Shown here piece by piece: positions 12,961-23,425 of a stretch of DNA of 36,061 nucleotides. Source of the DNA: Batkoa obscura (lineage: Eukaryota). Position 1 is the first letter of the stretch; each line of letters opens with the position of its first letter. The notes under the pieces are model-generated. The model was not told the DNA's origin and did not search any database. It was given only the letters and a program-made list of their open reading frames with translations. The stretch covers positions 1 through 36,061 of the forward strand of contig JASVEC010000177.1 in NCBI GenBank assembly GCA_030770535.1, in the 5' to 3' direction. The position numbers were made by a program, and so were the translations under genes.

Positions 12961-13524
12961 TATTAGAAAGCAAAGGTATCTGACAGTTTTAATTATTTTA
13001 TAATTTATGTTACAAGTTAGTGGAATTTGTATTGAATTTAACACAAATTCATGGATTAGCAAGGCTTTTACCAATATAATATATATATTGATATTAATCA
13101 AAGTTGTATGCAAATAGATACATCTTTCTACAAAACTTTATTAAAAATATATATTATTAACTCCTTCATAGTCAACATTGAAGATTTAGTATCAAATAAA
13201 CAGATTATTTTAATGTTATAATTGTATTATCAATATATCATTAAGTTGATAGATAGCTGTATAGGAGGAAATGTTGGCTTTAAAACTATAGTTGATTATT
13301 ATATAATATAAATAATATAATAGTCTTTATTTATTAACTTAGCTGTTAATAACTTAAACAATATTAAGATTTAATAATTAATTTTTATCACTTAATAAAA
13401 TACTCAATAAAATACTCAATAAAATACTCAATAAAATACTCACTTACTTAGTAAGTATTGAAACTTTTAGATCTTGTAATGTTTTTATGAAATAAACTGA
13501 GGTTGATTTTTTAATTTACTAAAT
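12961..13524 (+). repeat. Direct repeat copy A (~550 bp; pairs with 21592-22134)
   Basis: 13001-13524 matches 21635-22134 apart from about four substitutions and 4 vs 2 copies of the 12-mer AATAAAATACTC. Confidence 0.95.
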
Positions 13525-13562
13525 ATTATATAACATAATTTATTGCTATATTTAATAAAATA

Positions 13563-13666
13563 TATAGGAGTGTATTTTTTCGTTTAAGAATTTTGCTAAT
13601 AATCTTTCCACTTAAATAGCGCTTAAAAAGTGGAAAAGTAATGAAGCCAAAAAAAACACTCCCATA
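13563..13666 (+). mobile_element. MITE copy
   Basis: TATAGGAGTGTATTTTT...AAAAACACTCCCATA. Confidence 0.88.
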
Positions 13667-13861
13667 TGTATATTTTCTATATTATTTGACAAAAAAATCA
13701 AAATCAACTTTTAAAGTATTACTTATTTCATAAACTTATATATAATATAAAAACTTTCCAAATTTAGAATAATTCCCTATATCTGCTTATATATTAATTT
13801 TTATAAACTTTTTAAATAAAAGCTTTTTAAATATTAAAGTAATTGCATAACTTTATATATG

Positions 13862-14557
13862 TAAGGATATATTTTTGTGTTTGAGGATTTGATTTTACTA
13901 ACAATCTTTCCGCTTAAATAATGTTTAAAAAATAAAAAAATAATGAAATCAAGAAATACCCCTCCTATATGTTAAATCATAATTTGAGTGGAAAGACTGT
14001 TAGTAAAATTGCTAAACACAAAAATACATCCCCATTTAAATAACTAGTTTTATTTTCAAGCTAGATAAAAAAATTTGATTAAAATTTTGAATTTAATTAC
14101 ATATGGGGATGTTTTTTTTGGTTTCATTACTTTTCCACTTTTTAAGCCCTGTTTGAGCGGAAAGATTGTTAGTAAAGTTCTTAAACAAAAAAATACATCC
14201 CCATATGGAGATGTTTTTTTGACTTCATTACTTTCTCCACCTTTTAAGCCACTATTTGAGTAGAAAAATCGTTAGTGAAATTCTTAAACATAAAAACACA
14301 TCCTCATATTAAAAACTTATAAAGTTGAAAACTTGAACCCAAAAATTAGATTGGTTTCTAAATAAATTTAAATATTATTTACTTTAATTATTATAAAAGA
14401 GTGTTTAGGAATTCTACTAACAATCTTTCCACTCAAATTATGATTTAACATATAGGAGGGGTATTTCTTGATTTCATTATTTTTTCATTTTTTAAACATT
14501 ATTTAAGCGGAAAGATTGTTAGTAAAATCAAATCCTCAAACACAAAAATACGCCCTC
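13862..14557. mobile_element. MITE cluster: + copy 13862-13969, - half 13983-14035, two tandem - copies 14102-14205 and 14204-14308, + fragment 14401-14438, - copy 14451-14557
   Basis: All carry the family core or TIR. The tandem pair shares one TA (CCCCA-TA-TGGAG). Confidence 0.88.
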
Positions 14558-16200
14558 GTTTATTTACATAAAGGTAATACTTTTAGATAATAAATGCATT
14601 AGAAATAAAGGACAAATTAAGTGATGACAAGTTGTAGATATTAATTTTAGTATTCATATAATAAAGCTCGTTTTCACAAATCAAATACCATTGGAGACCA
14701 TTAAAACATTCAAGGTTAATAAAATGTTAAGTTTAGTCTTTGCATTGTTTAATACTACGTTACACAGTAGTTTCTATTTTCTCAAGCGCTATATTTTGAA
14801 ACTACTGTATAAGATATAATTATTCATTACATACAGTTTCAAATATTATGTATTAGTTCTTGAAATTATACATTTTAATATCCAATAAATTCCTGATAAT
14901 ACTATTTGATTAATTAATTAAAATTTGCCACACTATAGCATTTTTCTAAAAATACAAAACTAAAGAATCTTATCAAGCATATAGCCATAAGTCGCTTGAT
15001 AGGAGCATCAGCTATATATAAAAAACTTTAATACCTTAATACCCCTTAAATACTTCTACTTCAGCTCCAATACTTGATAATTTTCTAATAAGTATTATTC
15101 AATAAAACATCGTGGGTTTAACTTCAAATCAATAAAAATTAAAGCTTTATGACAAAAAATGTATGGAATTTTTGGCCCAAGTATCACTTAAGGCTTTTTT
15201 ATACAGTGCTAACAGAAGTTATCCCATTTCAAATATTGATTTGAGGGATTATAGTTAATTTAATACAAAACCTATAAGAGTAATGTTTAATATAGGCATT
15301 AATATAGTATAGTTAAATACAACCGCAAAAAAATGGGTGCATTTCAACTATTAGTTGCTGAGAAATGAACATCTAAAGTAGTTTTTTAATTTTTAAGACA
15401 ATTTTTATTAGCGCCGCAATCTACTATTGGTTTTGTTAGCAAAGCTTCATTTAATATGCTTGAATAATAAAACGTTCAAACGTTTAAAAAGCTATAGAAT
15501 TTCAATTAGTATTATAAATGATGCACACTATATAATTACAAATCACAACATTACATTGAAGGTAAAAGATGAAGTTAGGATATTAAATATAAAATTTTAA
15601 CCTTCAAGGTGTTATTACTTGTAAAGAAGTTACCAAGCAAAACCAAGTAAAAGTGATTTTTTTAAAAACCTTGATTGAGTCAAAAAAACCCTAGGTATTC
15701 ATTTTTAGTATAAAATAAATATTATAAGTGAGAACAGATATTAAGGAGTAATAGGGCGAGGAAAGAGACAAAACAAACTATACTATTATTGAAAGAGATG
15801 TGATTTCTCGAGAGCTGAGCTTTGTCCTAGATAATTTATACTTGGTAAACAAATATTCTAACTCGTAAATTTGAGGCTATGTATAGGATAAGCTTGCGGC
15901 TGTAGTGCTGATTGATATAGGATTATTGATAGAAGGTTTAATATAATATATATGAGTACTTCACAAGCCTGCGGTTAAAACAAAGACTTTGCTTGGAATG
16001 TTTACTTGTGACTTAGTTAAAAGATTGTTTTGGTTGGATTTGGCAAATGCTGTATTTATTAAAGGCAAAAAATAGAATTAAAGATAGTTTAAAATTACAT
16101 TATTTTAAGAAGTTTAATATTTTTATTTAAATTCAAAATTTAATATACGATGCAACATAATGTAACTGTTAATAATTTGTCATGTAGGAGAAATAAAAAG

Positions 16201-17451
16201 TTATAACTTTGAGCCATTATAGGAAGTTATTTGTGACATTATATAGTTGATATCCTTCATAGTAATATCCGAGTTCAATGTAAATCTTAGACAAGGGGCG
16301 TTTATTGGTGTAGTTGGATAAATAAAACATGAAGCAAATACATTTCTCTCTAGCAGATATTTGTTCATTTTCACCATACTTTTTTCTGATGGAAACACCA
16401 AGCTAACAATTGGTGAAGGAATATCGGATTTGGTATAATTTGCACCACAACGCTCCAAAGAATTTCTAAACTCTTTTGAGATATTCAAAAGATGTTCTCG
16501 CTCTTTATCCATATCTATTATCCTATGTAATATTTTATGCATTCGGATCAAATCATAATTCATTATACAAGTACTAAATATATTAGGCATTGAATGTTCT
16601 CTTGCATAGTCGATAAGTAGTTTATCCCCAGCTATAACTCCTGCTCTTGCACAGAAAGCTTTTGCTAAACTAGCGGTAACGATATTGACTTCCTTGTAAT
16701 CAAACAAACTGGAATATCCTCTGCCTTTATGTCCATATAATCCTATTCCATGTGATTCGTCAACCACTAGAAAGCAACCGTATTTCTTTTTGATGCTTAT
16801 TATATCTTTAATAGGCGCGAAGTCTCCTGTTACACTATATAAACTTTCAACTATAATGATACCATGACCATTTTTTTTAATCATCTCTTCCAACTCATTA
16901 ACGTCATTATGCTTAAATATGTGTGTTTTTGGTCTAACAAAACCCAAGCCATCTCTAAAGGATCCATGTAGAAGATTATCTATGTACACATTGGTTTTAC
17001 TGTTGCAAAAACCTTGGATAAGGCCAGCATTAGCTGCATACCCTGATTGTGCAATCATGGAAGCTTCTTTGCCCATATATTCTGCTAGTTGCTTCTGAAA
17101 TAAACCTTGTGGCCCATCATCGGATATAAAAGCGCTTGACATAACTACTTCAGAGTCATGGTTAGTTACAGCTACAGCTTTTGCGATACAGAGATAATCG
17201 TTATCACCAACGTTGATACTATCTTTAGTAAGTGGTGGTCTTACTATAAGATCTCTTATTGCGCCGTTACCCCCTGGTGTTCTAGTTTTGAAATATTTTT
17301 TGGCTTTATCTGTAATTTCTAATTCCATGACATTTGGTACAATAGCTGCGGATTCTACTGCTTTTTCTTTTCCATTAAACGATATAGGAATATGGTTAGA
17401 ACTCTTATTAATCTGGTTCAACTTATCCTGGCTTTTGGATTTCTTAATCAT
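16201..17451 (-). CDS. PLP-dependent alpha-oxoamine synthase (aminotransferase class I/II fold), CqsA/LqsA (alpha-hydroxyketone autoinducer synthase)-like, with C-terminal PTS1 (SKL)
   Basis: Intronless 416-aa ORF with NDYL, MSSAF, QSGYAANAGLIQ, NVYIDxxxHxS, FKHN, GIIIVESLYS..G.FAP, LVVDESH, TASLAK(PLP-Lys)AFxxRAG, PNIFS and VFASxFxxPxT...LRFTLNSD. These match recalled Vibrio CqsA motifs in order. Ends -GSKL*. Confidence 0.88.
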   Translation of the reverse strand: MIKKSKSQDKLNQINKSSNHIPISFNGKEKAVESAAIVPNVMELEITDKAKKYFKTRTPGGNGAIRDLIVRPPLTKDSINVGDNDYLCIAKAVAVTNHDSEVVMSSAFISDDGPQGLFQKQLAEYMGKEASMIAQSGYAANAGLIQGFCNSKTNVYIDNLLHGSFRDGLGFVRPKTHIFKHNDVNELEEMIKKNGHGIIIVESLYSVTGDFAPIKDIISIKKKYGCFLVVDESHGIGLYGHKGRGYSSLFDYKEVNIVTASLAKAFCARAGVIAGDKLLIDYAREHSMPNIFSTCIMNYDLIRMHKILHRIIDMDKEREHLLNISKEFRNSLERCGANYTKSDIPSPIVSLVFPSEKSMVKMNKYLLERNVFASCFIYPTTPINAPCLRFTLNSDITMKDINYIMSQITSYNGSKL

Positions 17452-19067
17452 TTTATATTGGTTTGGGTTAAAATTTATAGTTATAGTTATAGTATTCGAC
17501 TTATTAGATGATTTTTAGTAAAATATAGTAATACGCTTATAAAACAATATAAATAATTTACAAAGGATGGTTTATCTGCTTCATTAAAATTGTGAGGGCT
17601 TTTATACTAGTTTTTATATTTCAGGTACATCACCAATAAAATAATTTAATCAACATTTGACATTATTAAATTTCCTGTTATCGTAATATAAACTATCATT
17701 TTTAATTTTATAAAATTTCCCTAATAAGTAAAAGTCCGGAGTACTATTTTATAAGTTAAATTGGTAAAAAAATAGCTTAAGTATAAATGTTTTCACCCTG
17801 AAACATTAGCTAAAAAGATGTAAAATTATTTATAGCTTTATATTTTCTAATCTTCCTCCAAACTAATGATAATTTTTATTAAGGGATAAAGACTCACTAT
17901 CCTTTATTTACGTATGTACACTGAATTTTAAAATGAACAAAGGTAATGCAAATTAATCTAAGCAATTATCCATTTATTGTTTCATGTTTCAACATAAAGA
18001 TTTAAACATCTTTCATTATTACAACAAAATAGCAATAAAATGATTATTAATTTTAATATAATATCTAAGTTTATGCCGCTATATTAGAGCTGATTTCTAT
18101 AGCTTAAAATAAATGTGGTTAAGCTTTGTGATAGTGTAAATAAAAAATAGATTAAAATAGTTATGATTGTTTCTAAAATTTCATCACTCGTATAATTTTT
18201 GAATCGTCTTAATAAATTAGGTACAGTTTGTTTATCCAAATAACATCAGATTACAGCCGTTGCAACTCTTCCACAACTTTTTTAGTCATGGCTTTTATAA
18301 TCAACTTCTCTAGATAGCCAATTTTTTAAAGCCTAATATACATTTTGCCCAAAGTTATAGCACAAATGCCATTCTCAAATGAGCAGCCAAATAGGTCATA
18401 AAGAAGTTGTAATAGCTATATTAAGTAAGAAACTAGTTTTTATAGTGTAATTATTTGAGGTTGATTTACGCCATCGTAGTTTTTACTCCTAAAGTTAATA
18501 AAAAGCGGAGATCACTCCAAAAGTGGTAAAATTATTTTAAAACACATGATAGTGGATTTTAATTATAAGTATTTAATCAGATCAGTTTAAGCACGTAATG
18601 ATATCGATCCAAATAAAAGTTTCAAAAAAATTTATTATTAATATGGTTTATTTTATTTTTCAAGATGTGTTATTATAATTTTATTTAAGGTCATTATTAA
18701 TTACTATTTCATCCCCTTTTCATTATTGTAATTTTTTTAAATTTTAGGAGTAAAACTCTATGTTGCTGTCAATCAATCTTAGAAAAAAATTAATTTTTAG
18801 GTTGAAGTTAATCGCTATTACATCATTCTAACTTGTTTGCTAAATCAAAGTTAAACCTGATGCTTTAAATATGCTAAGTTGGGGTAAAAATTCTAGGCTA
18901 TTAAGCTATTTTCCCCAAGAATAATGCACTTAGGATCCTACCTTAACAAAGTTAGCTATTTATTTTTAATGGATCGTTATCCATGTCTACAAAATTATAC
19001 TATAAATTAAAGGCAAGAAAGCTATTTAAAATGTTTTAAAGGAATATTCTAGAAGAGTGAGGAAAGG

Positions 19068-19077
19068 TATATAAATA
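19068..19077 (+). promoter_or_regulatory. Candidate TATA box of the acyl-CoA oxidase gene
   Basis: TATATAAATA ~50 nt upstream of ATG 19123 and flanked by G-rich sequence. Low specificity in AT-rich DNA. Confidence 0.4.
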
Positions 19078-19122
19078 GGGTGACTCAGTTACATTTCTTA
19101 TCATTATATTTGAGAAAATCTC

Positions 19123-21364
19123 ATGTCTAAATCATCTTCTGCCTTTATAAACAATCGTCAGCGCTTTGATGCTCCTACTTTTGATTCAGATGAAGTCAAT
19201 CAATTGCTGGATTTTCATGACCGTGAAAACAGAATAAGATTAAAAGCATTTATAGAGAAAAATATTGAGTTATTTGCTCCAAAGTTTAATTGTTTACAAC
19301 ATGAAAAGCAAGAGCGAGTATTCGAACAATTAAGAGCAATTGCAAAAGGAAAGTTTATTGACGTTGCTGATTTTACTAAAAACCCTTTAAATATATTAGC
19401 TGGTAAGTTTAATTTTCATCTTTTATGGTAATATATAAATAATTGAGTAGTTCATGAAGTTACAAGTTTTCCACCTGAATCAATAACCACCAAAATTACC
19501 GTACATTATAACCTTGTAATATACTTTATGTTTCTTCATTATTAACTAACACCTTATTTAGTTTATTGGAACTTTAGTTAAACTTGGTACTGAACGCCAT
19601 AACGAGATTTTAAAAGAAGTTAATAATTTTGATGCAACTGGTTGCTTTGCACTTACTGAGCTAGGGTATGGTAATAATGCTATTGAAATGGAAACCACTG
19701 CTATTTATGATGAAAAAACTCAAGAATTCATTATCAATAGCCCAACAGTAAAGAGTCAAAAATTCTGGATAAGTAATGGAGCTAAGCATGCAAAATATGC
19801 AATAGTGTTTGCTCAGCTCGAGGTTAAAGGAAAGCAAGAAGGGATTCATTGCTTCATTGTAAAAATTCGTGATGGCCCAAATAATGAAGTATGTCCAGGG
19901 GTAACGATTCGTGAAATGGGCAATAAGATTGGCCTAGATGGCGTGGATAGTGCAGTATTGAAATTCGATCATGTTAGGTATAGTACAATTTCTTTTTTTA
20001 ATATATTTTTTAAAAAAATTTGTCTAGAACCCCAAGGATTAATTTATTAAATCGTTACTCTGATGTTCTACCTAACGGTACTTATACTTCTGAAATTGTA
20101 GGACGGAGAAAGTAATATATATATATATATACATATTTAAAAACTAACATATATAGCCGGTTTGGTAAAGTTGCAGACCAGCTATTAACTGGTCGTTTGT
20201 GTATGTCCGCCGTGAGCTTATCAGGGGCAAAATTAGCCCTAACGATAGCTTTAAGATATTCAGCAACTCGACTTGCTGGGGGTCGTACAGGAAAATCAGA
20301 TACCCCTATCCTTGAATATCAACTTCAACAAAAAGCTTTAATACCGCTTTTGGCACGTACTTTTGCACTGAATTTTGGCTTAAATTATACAAAGAGGGTG
20401 TGGGCTCACCCTGAACAATATTCTTATTCAGAAATAATTCGTTTGTGTTGTACAATTAAACCTTTAGTAACTTGGAATGCTGAACGTTGCGGTTCTATTG
20501 GTCGTGAAAGATGTGGTGGACAAGGATATCTACAGCATTCTGCCTTTACTGCCATTATTGGCTCAGCTCATGCCGTAAAATTCTACTATTTTTTAAATTT
20601 TATTTTCTTAATTTTTAAATTTAGTGTATTACTGCAGAAGGGGATAATGTTGTTTTAATGCAAAAAGCAGCTAAAGAATTACTTTCTGATATTAAGCAGA
20701 AGAAATTCAATTTCTCTCCTTTCTACAACCGTGGTGCACCCCAGAGCTGGAAAGTTGATGATTTTAATAGTTTAGTAGACCTTATGAATTTAAGATTTAT
20801 AAATCGTGTTAAACAAGTAAATTTAGAAAGTTTGTTATAAACTATATTAATACTTTATTAGCTTGGTGCAATTACTATTCAGAAAAGAAAGGAAGGAAAA
20901 GATATCTTTCAAATCTGGATGAAGGAAGAATCCGAGCTCGTTCAGGACTTGTCTCGGACCTATGGTGAATTCTTTAGCTTACAAGAATTTGCTTGTGTTA
21001 TTCAAGATGAAAAAGTATCAAAAGCTACAAGGTGAGCCAATATAATTATATAACTCAAATCGATACTAAAAGTTTTTATTTTAGAGGTGCCTTAAAAGAG
21101 TTATGTAAAGTTTATATGCTTTCTACTTTAGAAGCTGACTTTGGCTATTTAATGAGTAATGAATTTATTACTCCTGCTAATGCATGTCGATTATCTCAAT
21201 TATTGAAGCAACAAATAGAACTTGTTTCAAAGCAAACATTGACTTATCTAGATGGATTTGGTATTCCAGATGGATTGATTCTTTCACCAATTGCTAATGA
21301 TTGGGAGACTTATAGTATTGGGGACTTTAAGGGAGAAATTAATTTAAGAAAACCCAAACTATAA
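19123..21364 (+). CDS. Peroxisomal acyl-CoA oxidase
   Basis: Spliced motifs [62 protein letters not shown] and [10 protein letters not shown] (catalytic Glu). About 7 short introns. C-terminus RKPKL* is PTS1-like. Confidence 0.93.
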
Positions 21365-21374
21365 GCAGTATGGG

Positions 21375-21479
21375 TATGGGGATGTTTTTTTTGGGCTCAT
21401 TATTTTTTCCATGTTTTGAGCGCTATTTGAGTAAAAAAATTGTTAGTAAAATTCTTGAATACAAAAACACATTCCCATA
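21375..21479 (-). mobile_element. MITE copy 10 bp after the acyl-CoA oxidase stop
   Basis: TATGGGGATGTTTTTT...AAAAACACATTCCCATA. Confidence 0.88.
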
Positions 21480-21591
21480 TTTTTATATTGATTTCTAGAC
21501 TAATTTTATCCGTTTGAGTTTTAATCATTTACATTTTACCATTAAATTTTTAAGCTGTTTAATATATAGGTATGTCTTTTTTTGAAAATTC

Positions 21592-22134
21592 TATTAAAAA
21601 GCAAAAGAATCTGATACAGTTTTAAATTATAAAATAATTTATGTTACAAGTTAGTGGAATTTGTATTGAATTTAACACAAATTCATGGATTAGCAAGGCT
21701 TTTACCAATATAATATATATATTGATATTAATCAAAGTTGTATGCAAATAGATACATCTTTCTGCAAAACTTTATTAAAAATATATATTATTAACTCCTT
21801 CATAGTCAACATTGAAGATTTAGTATCAAATAAACAGATTATTTTAATGTTATAATTGTATTATCAATATATCATTAAGTTGATAGATAGCTGTATAGGA
21901 GGAAATGTTGGCTTTAAAACTATAGTTGATTATTATATAATATAAATAATATAATAGTCTTTATTTATTAACTTAGCTGTTAATAACTTAAACAATATTA
22001 AGATTTAATAATTAATTTTTATCACTTAATAAAATACTCAATAAAATACTCACTTACTTAGTAAGTATTGAAACTTCTAGATCTTGTAATATTTTTGTGA
22101 AATAAACTGAGGTTGATTTTTTAATTTACTAAAT
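21592..22134 (+). repeat. Direct repeat copy B (pairs with 12961-13524)
   Basis: Same sequence and orientation as copy A, about 8.6 kb downstream. Confidence 0.95.
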
Positions 22135-22370
22135 GAAGGTGTTTTTTTGGCTCCATTACTTTTTCTATCTTTTAAGTGCTATTTGAGTGGAAAGATTATT
22201 AGTAAAATTCTTAAACAAAAAATACATTTCCATATATTTTTACTATTAGCATTTAAGTACCAATTTTATTATATAGGGATATATATATTTAAGATTTTAT
22301 TAAGAATTTTTCCACTCAAATAGTGCTTAAAAAAATGAAAAAGGTGACAAAACCAAAAAATATTCCCATA
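22132..22370. mobile_element. Two MITE copies head-to-head (- 22132-22234; + 22272-22370)
   Basis: Family core on opposite strands. Confidence 0.82.
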
Positions 22371-22669
22371 TCTATAAATAAAAGTCTCGAATTTCGAAAT
22401 TAATTAGCTAATATTTTATTTTATTTGTTTTAAACTATTTCTCCATTATAGAAAATTTCCAAAGTCTCCAAAATGTCTATCAATTATATTTTTGCGTAGT
22501 GGTTAGCAAAAAAATTAAGCAAGTATAAGAAATCGTTTTAAATTTTAAAAGTTTTTATATAATATATTTAAAAAAACTTGTAAATCAAATAGTAGTTTAG
22601 ATAGTGATATTAAATATTGATTTTTATAAACTTTTTAAATAAAGCTCTCTAAATACTAAATTAACTAAA

Positions 22670-23150
22670 TGCTTTCCTGCCGTGAAATCTAGCACTCAGT
22701 GGTTGGAGTCAAAAGCAGTTCTTGCTTGGTTGACTAGCTGTAAGTCGAAAGGTCTTAGTTTATGTGACTAAGATGGACTTGAGTTATGAAGAATAGCACG
22801 TAATAGGCTATGGACTATGTAAGACAAATATAATAGGCAATACTACTGTAAAATCTATGTAAAATATTATCAGGAAAATTTAGCGGCTTTATCAAAGGTA
22901 CAATATCAAGGAATAATTCAGTTAAGCCTCAAGTTACTATGTTATGAAATCTTTTCTATACTTCAACAAGTATGTATATCAAAACAGGGAGATAATGTGC
23001 TTTGGAATCACACATCAGAAATCCTCGTAGGAAATCAAAACAAGAGGATCAGGATTGATTGTATCTGGACTCAAGAACATAACAGCTTAAGTGATTTATT
23101 ATGCTATAATCAATCATGGGGTTGAGAAAGCGATATTTCACAATACTGAT
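22670..23150 (+). pseudogene. Possible decayed non-LTR retrotransposon endonuclease fragment
   Basis: GC island in AT-rich intergenic DNA. 22988-23122 translates GDNVLWNHTSEILVGNQNKRIRIDCIWTQ..., resembling the APE-type TW...RIDYIW motif, with stops on both sides. Confidence 0.3.
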
Positions 23151-23425
23151 ACTTTAAACCTATTAATAATTATAAAATCTTTTTTAACAAATTCATTTCT
23201 TAAAAACATTAAAAAATTTGATTAATCAAAAAATCAAATTAAAGTTACTCTGACCAAATTTCAATAATAGCAACTTGATGTATTTCAATTTGCACTTCAA
23301 TTTTGCAAAAAACTGAAACTTTCTAAACCAGCTATGTAATTTTGTAAATTTCAAATAGTCATAATTCAGTAGCATCTTAATTTGAATCGATTTTAAAAAA
23401 ATAACCATTTTATAATTGTATCAAT

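Noticed and set aside
12904..13113. Short AT-rich ORFs (also 6359-6664, 7999-8190, 17213-17518, 23226-23408, 23770-23961, 35496-35783)
   Set aside because: Non-ATG starts, antisense overlap with real genes, or I/L/F/K/N-biased composition typical of noncoding AT-rich DNA.
14075..14263. 62-aa ORF with a repeated YGDVF motif
   Set aside because: Translation of two tandem MITE copies.
13563..14557. CRISPR-like array of repeats
   Set aside because: Units are ~100 bp with TIRs, in mixed orientation, without regular unique spacers or cas genes, in a eukaryotic context. They are MITEs.
16201..17451. Bacterial contamination, or plain serine palmitoyltransferase/ALAS
   Set aside because: Composition matches neighbouring genes, it has a eukaryotic PTS1, and it is embedded among host MITEs and intron-containing genes. 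The motifs do not fit LCB1/LCB2 or ALAS. A BioF-like function is not excluded.
12961..22134. LTR retrotransposon
   Set aside because: No gag, RT or integrase between the repeats, and no clear TG...CA ends or PBS/PPT seen.
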